Assembly: GCF_001194135.2 (NCBI RefSeq)
Contig: NC_068983.1
Coordinates: 119,860,221-119,921,988 of the forward strand
Origin: Octopus bimaculoides
Lineage: Eukaryota
Reading direction: 5' to 3'
DNA length: 61,768 nucleotides
A model generated the notes under the pieces. That model was given only the letters and a program-made list of their open reading frames with translations, had not been told where the DNA came from and did no database searches. Below are positions 50,464-61,768 of the stretch, piece by piece. The position numbers and the translations under genes are program-made. The stretch's first letter is position 1. Every line of letters begins with the position of its first letter.

Positions 50464-50538
50464 ATGTCTGAAGCTGGTGCCAGTGGTGGAAAGTCACCTG
50501 ATAATCGTGATAAATATTTAATGAACCTTATGTCAAAG
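50464..50538 (+). CDS. BUZ gene coding exon A (MSEAGASGGKSPDNRDKYLMNLMSK)
   Basis: Polypyrimidine tract, then aag|ATG ... AAG|gtatgc; 75 nt. Supported by splice signals and composition rather than homology. Confidence 0.7.
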
Positions 50539-51783
50539 GTATGCCTATAAACATTTCATTGAAAAATTATCTGAAACCTCTTTTTCTAATTTGCTAAAAG
50601 GTAACCATAACAACTTGACATCTACCTTAAAAACTCTTAGCTTTTTACATATATTGATTTTTCTGCACCATCAACAGCTGTTGCCATGTGATAAATATAC
50701 ATAATGATTTTAATTGGTGTTTTAAGTTTCAGAATGGTAACGTGTAATGTATTACATCATCATCATTATCATTTAATGTCCACTTTCCATACTTGCATAG
50801 GTTAGATGAAATACATTGACACAAAATTTTCTAGGGTCAGATGCCCTTCCTGTTGCCAACTCTCACCTGTTTCCTAGTAAGGAGTTAATATTTCTCTATG
50901 GCCAGTTCTTTTTTTATTTTTTTGTGAAAAACTGAAAATACACAGCTTAGCTGGTATGATAGTGATACTCATTTTTAACTATTATATGATGTCTAGACAA
51001 GAGTACACCCAAACACATACACACACACATTTATATATATGATAACACAAATGGGTTGAAGCTCACAATAGTTGTTTCATATGTTTTTATTGATGAACAA
51101 ATGAATTACATCATGTAAAAAAACTGTTTTGCTTTACATGAATAAAAAATAAAATTTAACATTTAGGGTTTTTCATACAAATAGTATATATTGTGTATTG
51201 ACTCTCATCTCAGTACTGTATGAGAGTAAAAAGAGAATGCTTTTCTATATCATGTTATCCCCAACTCTACCTTGGTACTTTTTTTATTAAAGTACCTTGA
51301 TTCTACTGAATCCTGAAAATAATTATATATATAGGTGCAGGAGTGGCTGTGTGGTAAGTAGCTTGCTTACCAACCACATGGTTCTGGGTTCAGTCCCACT
51401 ATGTGACACCTTGGGCAAGTGTCTTTTACTATAGCCTCGGGCCAACCAAAGCCTTGTGAGTGCATTTGGTAGATGGAAACTGAAAGAAGCCCATTGTATG
51501 TATATATATATATGTATATATGTGTGTGTGTTTGTATTTGTGTTTGTCCCCCACCATTGCTTGACAACCAATGCTGGTGTGTTTACATCCCCGTAACTTT
51601 GCGGATCAGCAAAAAAGACTGATAGAGTAAGTACTAGGCTTACAAAGAATAAGTCCTGGGGTTAATTTNNNNNNNNNNNNNNNNNNNNNNNNNNNNNNNN
51701 NNNNNNNNNNNNNNNNNNNNNNNNNNNNNNNNNNNNNNNNNNNNNNNNNNNNNNNNNNNNNNNNNNNNATGTGTATATATATG

Positions 51784-51816
<33 letters not shown>

Positions 51817-54800
51817 GATGTGCTTCTTTCAGTTCCTGTTAACCAAATCCGCTCACAAGATTTTGGTTGACCTGGAGCTGTAGTAGAAGACACTTGCCTA
51901 GGGTGCCATGCAGTGGGACTGAACCCCAAGATTACACGGTTAGGAAACAAGCTTCTTAAACACAATAATGCCTATGAAAAATAGGTAGTACCTGTAGCTT
52001 TCACTGGCCTTCTGAGAATGGTGAGATTGATGTACTTGATAAAATGTTTTCAAGTCAACATCTGAAAACATAAGCATGAAGGAAATTCCTATGATCTAGG
52101 GAGGAAAGATTGGCCAAAGTGGTTGCTGAGCTTTAATGGGATTGATACAGTAGTATAGTGAGAGAAGAAACCAATGCTGTTGGTTTGGCCTATTTGGCAG
52201 TCATATGCATCTGGGTAGTTCAGGGGAGTAGAGACCATAGTTGTAACAATAAGATAGATATTATGTCTATGGACCAGAGGTTGTACTGTGTTAATGAGTC
52301 ATTGATAATCAGTTGGATGGTCTTCCTTTAGATGTGGTCTAGGAATTTTATGTGTGTATATATATAATGGCAACAACATACTAGTGTGAAAGCCATTGTG
52401 GATATTTATTTATTTATTGTGCTATGTAGAGTGTAAACAGCTGCTGAAATGTTCCTTTTTTAACTTTATGCTAATATATTTTGAGGTCTCTTGTCTCAGG
52501 CTTAAATCTCACACGTAAAGGATCAATAAGTAATATTAATATGTGAACATCGATTTAAGTGATTACTCACTTTCCTACAAAATTTTTCCCACATCTTTTT
52601 CTCAGATCTCCAATCCTTTGTAAACAAGCACTCATCATCATCATCGTTTAACGTCTGCTTTCCATGCTAGCATGGGTTGGACGATTTGACCGAGGACTGG
52701 CAAGCCAGCAGGCTGCACCAGGCTCCAATCTGATCTGGCAGAGTTTCTACAGCTGGATGCCCTTCCTAACGCTAACCACTCCGAGAGTGTAGTAGGTGCT
52801 TTTACATGCCACCGGCACGAGGGCCAGTCACACGGTACTAGCAACGGCCACGCTCAAAAAGGTGTTATTTATGTGCCACCTGCACGGGAGCCAGTACAGC
52901 GGCACTGGCAACAACCTTGCTCAAATGATTTTCTAATGTACCACCAGCACAAGTACTAGAAGGCGACGCTGGTAACGATTACGCTAAAACGGTCCTATTT
53001 ACAAGCCACTAGCATGGAAGCCAGACAGCTGCTCTGGCAATGAACACACTTGGACAGTGCTCTTAGCACTCCACTGGCGCAGGTGCCAGTCATCGTGTAT
53101 GGTTCAATTACGATTTCAATTTCACTTGCTCCAACAAGTCTTCGCAAGTAGAGTTTAGTGTCCAATGAAGGAGAGGTTGGCATGGGTGCCAGTCATCGGA
53201 TTCGGTTCGATTTCAGATTTCAAATTGCAAATTCACTTGCCTCAACAGGTCTTCTTTGCAAGCAGAGTTTTTAGTGTCCAATGAAGTGAGCTGGCTTATA
53301 TTGGTTTTTGCAGTTTATTTTATTTTATTTTAATTTGAGAATACATCATTGTCATCATTAACATGTTTTCCTTGTTGTCATGGGTTGGATGAGTTTGATA
53401 GGATCTGGTAAGCCAAGCTCCAGTGTCTGCATTGGCATCATTTCTACAGATGAATGCCATTCCTAATACCAGCCCTTTTACAGTATGAATCAAGTACTTT
53501 TTCTTCATGCCACTGTCATTAGTGAAATTGCTAGTAGTGTGCAAAACATAAGAACAGGGAAAAATAAAGAGGAAAAAGTTCCCACCATTTTTTCCTTTTT
53601 CTCTGATCTTTGTACAGGTTATTTTCTGTCAGTATTTATGTAATCTTAATATATAAATCTGAAATTGTGTGTTTGTGTGAAGCCTTTTTGAAAGTTTATA
53701 GAAATCCACATTTTCCACTTTTTCGTAAAAATGTTTACATCAATGGAATTTTCTCGATCTGAACTTTCCAGTGCAGTAATTAGATTTTTAAAATTCCGTT
53801 TACTTTGTGTGATTTAAGGGAGATTTGGCTATCGTTTCTAGCAACATTTATATTCCTTCCCTTCTCCCTGTACCGGCGTTATTATAGGGAGTAAAAGAGG
53901 GAGAGGGAGAGAGAGAGAAAGTGATACATACAAAGTCATAGATTAACTTGGTTACATTTTACACTCTTACTTCTTCTTCCTCTCTCTAATATAATACCTT
54001 TCCTCTACCTCTAACATATTTTTCATAACATAGAAACGTAAAAACACACACGACCACACATACGTGATCCGTGACAACAACATACACATAAACACATACA
54101 CAATTCAACGTTATAGATATAAGATTTAGTTTCTGTGTTTCTTATATAAACACGTGCACGCATTGCTATTTTATAACTGTCTTCCGTTCTCACTTTCTCT
54201 CTCNNNNNNNNNNNNNNNNNNNNNNNNNNNNNNNNNNNNNNNNNNNNNNNNNNNNNNNNNNNNNNNNNNNNNNNNNNNNNNNNNNNNNNNNNNNNNNNNN
54301 NNNNNNNNNNNNNNNNNNNNNNNNNNNNNNNNNNNNNNNNNNNNNNNNNNNNNNNNNNNNNNNNNNNNNNNNNNNNNNNNNNNNNNNNNNNNNNNNNNNN
54401 NNNNNNNNNNNNNNNNNNNNNNNNNNNNNNNNNNNNNNNNNNNNNNNNNNNNNNNNNNNNNNNNNNNNNNNNNNNNNNNNNNNNNNNNNNNNNNNNNNNN
54501 NNNNNNNNNNNNNNNNNNNNNNNNNNNNNNNNNNNNNNNNNNNNNNNNNNNNNNNNNNNNNNNNNNNNNNNNNNNNNNNNNNNNNNNNNNNNNNNNNNNN
54601 NNNNNNNNNNNNNNNNNNNNNNNNNNNNNNNNNNNNNNNNNNNNNNNNNNNNNNNNNNNNNNNNNNNNNNNNNNNNNNNNNNNNNNNNNNNNNNNNNNNN
54701 NNNNNNNNNNNNNNNNNNNNNNNNNNNNNNNNNNNNNNNNNNNNNNNNNNNNNNNNNNNNNNNNNNNNNNNNNNNNNNNNNNNNNNNNNNNNNNNNNNNN

Positions 54801-57800
54801 NNNNNNNNNNNNNNNNNNNNNNNNNNNNNNNNNNNNNNNNNNNNNNNNNNNNNNNNNNNNNNNNNNNNNNNNNNNNNNNNNNNNNNNNNNNNNNNNNNNN
54901 NNNNNNNNNNNNNNNNNNNNNNNNNNNNNNNNNAATTGCTTCATTAGAAATTGCCATCCTACCTCCTACTAAAAGGGATTACCCTGCTATATATATAATC
55001 AGGGCAGCGCAAAAAGTTGTTTTGCACAAGCATTTCTACAGCCAATTAGACGGATGAAATTTACGTACGCTTAATAATGTTACGCCTTCAGACTTTCCCT
55101 ATTAATTTCATCGTCTTTTGAATTATGAACATATTTACATCATACGGGTTTTTCCGTTGTAAGGCTTTCTTTTTTAGTTGATTTTCACCTAGCAAGACTT
55201 ATCGTAGAAGGCGTAATAAGTCACACCCGGACAAGGTCGGGTTATACTGATAGTTATCATATAAAATTCAAGTTTTCAATGCACTGCTTTTTTTAGCATA
55301 ACATTTTATCCAATTTTTTTTTCAATTTTTTATATGTGTGTACTGACTAGCTTTTCAACTGAAGAATCCTTAAGCATAAATTTTAACCATCTCTTGGCTA
55401 TATTACCATTTTTATAAGAGCAGTGAAATATTTCTTCTATTATATAATATACTTTAGCATTCCATTGCATAGTACTGCTCTCATTATGGAATGGATGACT
55501 TCTTTCACTGACATCTTTGGCAGCATTCTTATAGTAATTTCTCTAATGAATAATCAGTCGAGCAAAATTACCATCAACTTTATACCTGCAAAAATTGTGC
55601 CATCACACACTTCAATATCATCTCTCACTTGTTAGTAATTGGAGAAAGGTTTTACATGCTGTTTCTTAAGATATTTCACACAACCCCTCACATTTGTGGC
55701 ATTGGTCCATCACTTGAGAAGTCACTTTGGTAAGTTTGTTCTTCTGGAAGTGATTGTTCTAAAACTCATTATGTTTATAGAGTTTCTATTGGAAGATTTG
55801 TTTTTCACATAATGTATCTAAGGTATATCAACCTGACTGTCCATTCTTCTCCAAGTTAACTGCAAATTCTTCAGTTTTATGGTGCTGCCATTCTTCATTC
55901 TCGAACTATTTCATTCTTTGGTTTCTACCCACAAGTAGTACTCACAGCTAAATGACCTGTCTAGCACACTATCAACTTAGTCATTTACTGTTCTATTAGT
56001 TTTTATAGACTTGTGTGAACATGTCAATATTTGAACACTTACAATGGCACAAAGGCCACATATTTACAGTGAAGGAGAGCCAAGATTGTGTAGCAATCAT
56101 GCCTTGCTTAGATATTAGTTTGGGAATACACTGCCCAAATTTTCTTTAAAAACTTATATATAAGAATTACATCACTTGTTAAAGTTATCGCTACATATTT
56201 TCTATAGAAATTATAGCCAGTACTGATTTTGTTCCAATGTTTCATATCCTAGTACACTTAAGCATTTAATATACTTTCTAGTATATTATGATTGCATAAT
56301 GAAATATGGTGTCCCTACAGGCCATAAGAATTACATTCTTTTCTGCTTTTTTACATGTACAAGTGATATTTTAGAAAGTATATTTCTTTTAATACTTTGT
56401 GTATCATTCTCCTTTCAGCAGGAATCTATGTACTGTGTTCAACCTTTAACTTGGTGTCCACATCTTGAAAAAGTAACTAGTGTTCCTCCACAAGGTCTTG
56501 ATACATCGTCTCCATGTGAAACATGTGGGGATACAAATGAAAATTGGGTGTGTCTTACTTGCTATAAGGTATATATATATATATTTTTTTTAATTGTGTA
56601 AAATTAGGTTTTTATTATTGATTTCTCAGTGATCATTCTATCCAACCAGTGTTGATTCCCTTCAACACTGAATTAACATAAACATTTCTTTTTCATACAT
56701 AACAGACATTGAAATGTGGTTTGATAATTGTTCAGATTTACATACAAAGGTTTTAATAACATAGGTAATCAATTCAGGATGTATACAACTCTAGAGATGT
56801 TCTAAAACTAACTCTTCATTTTCGTGTATATATTCAATTCTGAATAATTATGATGATTGTTCTTAATAACATTTAATTGTTCCTCAAATGATTATTTCTT
56901 TTTATTCTTTGCAACCTTATTCAATACTTGTTTCTTTCTCTCATTGTTGTGAACACTGGACTCAATGCTTTTGGTAATCAATTATGTCTTTTTAAATTCA
57001 GAGTTCAAACCTCACCAGAGTCAATGAAATAAATGCCTGCAATCGGTTGTTGCCAAATTTATGGTCTTTAGCCTGTTAGAAATTATTGTTAATATTTAGA
57101 AACAATAACAGTTTTTACACCACTACCACCAACTAAATATCATTTATTATAAATATCAGGATAACTATGATACCATTTTGAACAGATGTGCCTTTCTCTA
57201 TAATGAATAAATTGTCATATATATATATTTAATTACTGGATTTTACAGGTTTTCTGTAGTCGATATGTACAAGAACATATGGTAAAGCACCATGAAGTAG
57301 AACCTGACCATTATATAGTGTTAAGCTATGCAGATCTTTCTGTATGGTGCTATGGATGTAACAGTTATGTTGAACATGAGGTAAGTGAATGTCAAAAATT
57401 TAACTTTTAAGTTAACTATTTCAAACCACAAAGGCTGTAGCTGTGTAACCCTGGTCAGCCCTCATCAAACAAAGCTATGTTGTTCCAACTTTTATCATCA
57501 GCGTTCTCTGATCATCCTGCCTTCATTTATGGTAACCCAACTTCATTTTCAGATGGTAGGATATGCTTTGAAGGAGATCTATTAGCTCATGCAACTGTAG
57601 AAGTTCCTTTTTACCATGTAGGTTGAGACAGGAAAATAAAATTAAAGAACTGGTTAAAGCACAACTCAGACATGTAGGACTGCCCATTCTCCATGCATAC
57701 ACACATTCAAAAAATAGAGTGCATGTTTGATGTGACTTAATAAATGCCTTCATAATCAGGCTTTTAAGAATTGGTGTTTAGCCTGTTTCATGAGGTGGAG

Positions 57801-59800
57801 TAGATGAAAAATAGATTTTTCCGTGGACAGAATGCTGGTCTTTTGTAAGCAACATTCCCAGAAAATCTGGGGCCTACTCCTGTCAGTGAAGTGAAGCTGA
57901 GGTAATGCTGAATAAAGTATTCTGCACAGAAACTGAAGTAGGTTTGAATTTATGTTATGACCCATAAGTAGATAGTCCAGTGCCTTGTCTGCTGAATCAT
58001 TCCTCATTGTTTCATAGATAAACTTTCACTCTTACACACACACACAAGATGGGACAGGCTGAGGAGTCAGTGTTACACAGGGCAATATCCAAGTACGAGT
58101 GGAGACATCCATGTACTGCATCACCACAACCCACAGAAGAGAAAGAGCATGCCTTTGTGCAGGTCAGGGAAGAAGTCTGGGTTAAACCCCCCAAATGCAT
58201 GGTGCACATCACAGTGGGGAAAGGGGACAATAACCTCTGTAAATTCGAGGAACAATGTGTCCATAGATGGCATGCCACGTCATGTGTTGGATGTGTGCAG
58301 GATCATCACTGCAACGGAGGATGGAGCCAACAGTAATGGACAAGAGGACAAAGCCAGCAGCAACATGCCAGGAACTGGGGCCATTCCTGAAGCCCCACGG
58401 CAGTCACAGAGAGAGCGGTGCCCTCCACACTGGTTGGCTGATTACGAGACAAGTTAAGCCGTGTGGGCAAGTTAGTTGAATGATCTTCATATCAGTGGGN
58501 NNNNNNNNNNNNNNNNNNNNNNNNNNNNNNNNNNNNNNNNNNNNNNNNNNNNNNNNNNNNNNNNNNNNNNNNNNNNNNNNNNNNNNNNNNNNNNNNNNNN
58601 NNNNNNNNNNNNNNNNNNNNNNNNNNNNNNNNNNNNNNNNNNNNNNNNNNNNNNNNNNNNNNNNNNNNNNNNNNNNNNNNNNNNNNNNNNNNNNNNNNNN
58701 NNNNNNNNNNNNNNNNNNNNNNNNNNNNNNNNNNNNNNNNNNNNNNNNNNNNNNNNNNNNNNNNNNNNNNNNNNNNNNNNNNNNNNNNNNNNNNNNNNNN
58801 NNNNNNNNNNNNNNNNNNNNNNNNNNNNNNNNNNNNNNNNNNNNNNNNNNNNNNNNNNNNNNNNNNNNNNNNAGAATCGTTTGTTTATGTAGTCGGCACT
58901 TAATGTATATCGGCTGAATGGACGTCAGTGATTGGTTGAAATTACAAAAATACGACAACTTTAACATGGAATAACTTATGGATTTCTTTTTTTTTTTAAG
59001 AAGACTAAGAGAAAAAGATGTTTTATATGACACATTCTACCAGTGTTTCAAAGTGTTTCGTTAATGAAAAATGTGGCCCCCGTTTTAAAAAAGATCTGAA
59101 GTGGGGCCTGTGGGTCCTGACGGAAGGGCCACAGTGAGCATGCAGGGTCAGAGAGGCATAAACGGTCAGTTGGTGGCAGACAGTGCATCAGAGTATACAG
59201 TGATGGACAGCGCACATGGACGTTGAAAGCGACCCTTTTCCAAACTAACAGGTAAAACTGCTGCAATTCTCTCTTTGCTTCCATCTTTTTCCTCTTTCAC
59301 ATCACATATCAAATATGAATTCATCTACTAGAGATATTCTCTTAGTTCACTTTGAATTTTCTGTATCTAAATATGCTGACACAACAGAATCGATCGTTAG
59401 TATTATATAGTGTAATCACCAATTAAAGATGTGATTTTTCCATTCTTTTTTTTTTTTTTCGTTCTTATATATACAAATTTCTTGAAATTCTTCTAAATGA
59501 TATTTGGATCTACTTGTCATATGCAAGGAATTACTTGGGATGTTTATTCTACTTGCATTTATTGGGTTCTGATGGTCAGATATAGTTAACCTAATTCATT
59601 TAATACTGAAAGCTTTATTGATATCTGCCTGGATCTTTTAATTCCTTTTACTTCTTATTACATACATATATGTACAAATAAATACATACACACACACACG
59701 CATTTCATTATAGATTCTTGATTAATTATTTTGTTTCTGTTTTCTGTAGCTAATCCAAAATGCCAAGAAAACTGCATGTAAACATAAATTTGGAGAATAA
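50464..59800 (+). CDS. Stand-alone HDAC6-type ZnF-UBP (BUZ) domain protein, 134-135 aa; join(50464-50538,56419-56568,57249-57380,59750-59800)
   Basis: GT-AG introns, all phase 0. The translation WCPHL..CETC..ENWVCLTC..CSRY..HM..HH..H..LSYADLSVWCYGC.SYV..KFGE matches the HDAC6 C-terminal zinc finger and its KFGE tail as I recall them. Confidence 0.88.
52633..53250 (-). mobile_element. RTE-type LINE 3' UTR/tail; other tail-only copies at ~7078-7250, 8050-8240, 20030-20320, 25050-25240, 26210-26520, 30600-30900, 32420-32610, 50757-50900, 53340-53520, 60193-60344
   Basis: Recurrent catcatcgtttaacgtc..ccatgctagcatgggttgg..ctggatgcccttcctaacgcca. Confidence 0.85.
54934..55254 (+). mobile_element. 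Possible non-autonomous Helitron 3' end
   Basis: GC-rich hairpin acccggac-aag-gtcgggt followed by a degenerate CTAG-like end (gatagt). Confidence 0.4.
56419..56568 (+). CDS. BUZ gene exon B ((Q)ESMYCVQPLTWCPHL...ENWVCLTCYK)
   Basis: tttCAGCAG tandem acceptor; AAG|gtatat. Confidence 0.92.
57249..57380 (+). CDS. BUZ gene exon C (VFCSRYVQEHMVKHH...LSVWCYGCNSYVEHE)
   Basis: ttacag| ... GAG|gtaagt; 132 nt. Confidence 0.93.
57600..58460 (+). mobile_element. Degenerate Gypsy-type LTR retrotransposon pol (integrase/C-terminal) fragment
   Basis: YEWRHP, VWVKPP..C..QWGKG.IT.VNSRNNVSIDGMPRHVLD, R.S.R.R.PP.WL.DY. Confidence 0.7.
59750..59800 (+). CDS. BUZ gene terminal exon D (LIQNAKKTACKHKFGE*)
   Basis: tttctgtag| ... 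TAA; KFGE motif; AATAAA at 59951. Confidence 0.88.
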   Translation, partial: LIQNAKKTACKHKFGE

Positions 59801-59950
59801 CCATCCTTTAGGAGACTTGGCAAAGAGAAAACATCATAGCAGTCTCATCATTATCTAACTGAAATAACCAATGGTTGATACCTTTCAATGACTGACTTAA
59901 ATGTTCCTATTTCATATTGCAATTGTACCATCTTATTGATGTTCATTTCT

Positions 59951-59956
59951 AATAAA
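59951..59956 (+). promoter_or_regulatory. Polyadenylation signal of BUZ gene (candidate)
   Basis: AATAAA ~150 nt after the stop codon. Confidence 0.5.
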
Positions 59957-60344
59957 AATCACTAAAACTTCTTGTTAATAAATTCATAACTATCATTACT
60001 TCAACATTTTCAACCTTGGCACATAGGGGATAGCAGTACAATCTCTCCTGGAAACCTATGCAGAAATTATTTTGGACTAATCGCCATATTCACAGTATTT
60101 CAGACATCAAAAGTAATGGGGTATCATCACTCTTTTTTTTTTTTTTGTTTGTTTGTCACTGAGATATATATATATATTTATAGATATATATATCATCATC
60201 ATCATCGTTTAACGTCCGCTTTCCATGCTAGCATGGGTTGGACGATTTGACTGAGGACTGGTGCAACCGGATGGCTACACCAGGCTCCAATCTAATTTGG
60301 CAGAGTTTCTACAGCTGGATGCCCTTCCTAATGCCAACCACTCA

Positions 60345-61089
60345 ATATACATATATGCATATATCCATACATATATGTACATACCTACATCTATATGTAT
60401 ACATATATGCATTATATGGGTACAGGACATCAAAAAAATGTTAAACACAATGAGAAACGAAAACAGAAAACAAACTTTTTTCGAGCAACAGAAAAAACAG
60501 AGAAACAAGACATGCAACATAAAGAGTATACCCCTTATTCAGTTGTCCCTGTTCCATCTACTCCACTTCTCTCTGTCTCTCTTCATCCTTGACTCTCTCG
60601 TCACTGACACGTGACGAAAGGGGATCTCTCTTTCTGCCCACTGCCTTCCTAAAGAAAAGACGTGTTTTTTTCCGTCTCTTCTCTCATGGCTCTACCTAGC
60701 ATTCATAATAATTTTTCCATCATCTTGGCTCAACAAACCTCACCATTTGTTTTTACTGTCTTGTTCTTGTTAACACTTTCACACTCCACAAAAAATTCCA
60801 AATTTTAATTAATTTGCTTTGCAGGAAGGACTGTTCCAACGAAGTTGCATATTGTCTTTGCCTTCAAAACACAGAGTAGATGGAACAGGGACAACTGACT
60901 AAGGAGTATACTCTTTATGTTGCATGTCTCGTTTCTCTATTTGTTATTTTCGTTGTTCGAAAAAAGTTCATTTTCTGTTTTCGTTTCACATTGTGTTTAA
61001 CGTTTTTTTGATGTCCTGTACCCATATATGCATGTATGTATACATATAGATGTAAGTATGTACATATATGTATAGATATATGCATATAT
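60345..61089. mobile_element. Long-TIR non-autonomous element abutting a truncated LINE tail
   Basis: 60345-60563 is an imperfect inverted copy of 60874-61089. Confidence 0.75.
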
Positions 61090-61768
61090 TAATATATTAT
61101 TTATATTATTATACGATCGAACGCCACGCATCCTTTTCCAAGTAAGTTTTATCTCTATATATAATAAGTCCTGGGCTCGATTTGCTTGACTAAAGGCGGT
61201 GCTCCAGCATGGCCGCAGTCAAATGACTGAAACAAGTAAAAAAGTAAAGAATATATATATATATATATATATTTTATTTAATATTTAGAATCTACGATTA
61301 AGAAGTCTATCTCCTGGCTGGTGGCACTTATCCATTTTCCTTTACTTTATTCAAAAATTCTTATCGCTCCCTTTAAAATTACGATTTAAGCGTTTTTGCC
61401 TAAGCCCAAGAATTCCAGCATGATGTGCTGCTTGACTGGTCCCCCCCTCTCTCTCTCTTTATATATATATATATATATCTTTCTCTCGCCATGCCTCCGT
61501 CTATCTCTCTCTCTCTAAATCAGTCTCTCTCTCTCTCTCTCTCTCTACTCCTCTCTATCGTAGTTTCCTTAAGGATTCAGGTTCCGGGTATATAAATAAG
61601 AAATCCCTTCTAAATTGTCTTAATCTCTTCTCCGCTGACATACTACGACGAAGTCTGCAAGATTATGCTGCAGATAAGATAGAGATTTTTATTTATTTAC
61701 GGCCTCAACATTTTTCTCATAACTTTTTGCGCTTTAGTCTGTTCTCTATTATTTATCTGTTTCTCTCC

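Noticed and set aside
51333-51975. Inverted SINE pair as a dsRNA source
   Set aside because: The copies are separated by an N gap, so relative orientation and spacing are unreliable
41658-58917. Long ORFs of 138-277 aa made mostly of X
   Set aside because: They are open only because they run through N gaps
50464-59800. Full-length HDAC6
   Set aside because: No deacetylase-domain sequence is visible in the window, so the gene symbol is withheld

Overview
Repeat-rich animal genomic DNA with several N gaps. The SINE/LINE content looks octopus-like, which is an inference from repeat sequence. I reconstructed two spliced genes by hand, arranged head-to-head around ~45.6-46.0 kb. (1) A 13-exon minus-strand gene (CDS 45613 to 2748, 428 aa) encodes an MFS organophosphate:phosphate antiporter of the SLC37/GlpT family. 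(2) A plus-strand gene with 4 coding exons (50464-59800, 134-135 aa) encodes only an HDAC6-type ZnF-UBP (BUZ) ubiquitin-binding domain, with no deacetylase domain visible. The introns hold tRNA-derived SINEs, RTE, Tx1/L1, R4/Dong and Hero-like LINE fragments, and a Gypsy fragment. They also hold Merlin, mariner, Chapaev-like and Helitron remnants and several MITEs. The most notable signals are the stand-alone BUZ gene, a compound fold-back in its 5' intron, young inverted LINE copies bracketing one transporter exon, several perfect short hairpins, a MITE carrying TTAGGG repeats, and a candidate antisense exon. There are no CRISPR arrays or prokaryotic features. Repeat boundaries are approximate unless a TSD or TIR is quoted.
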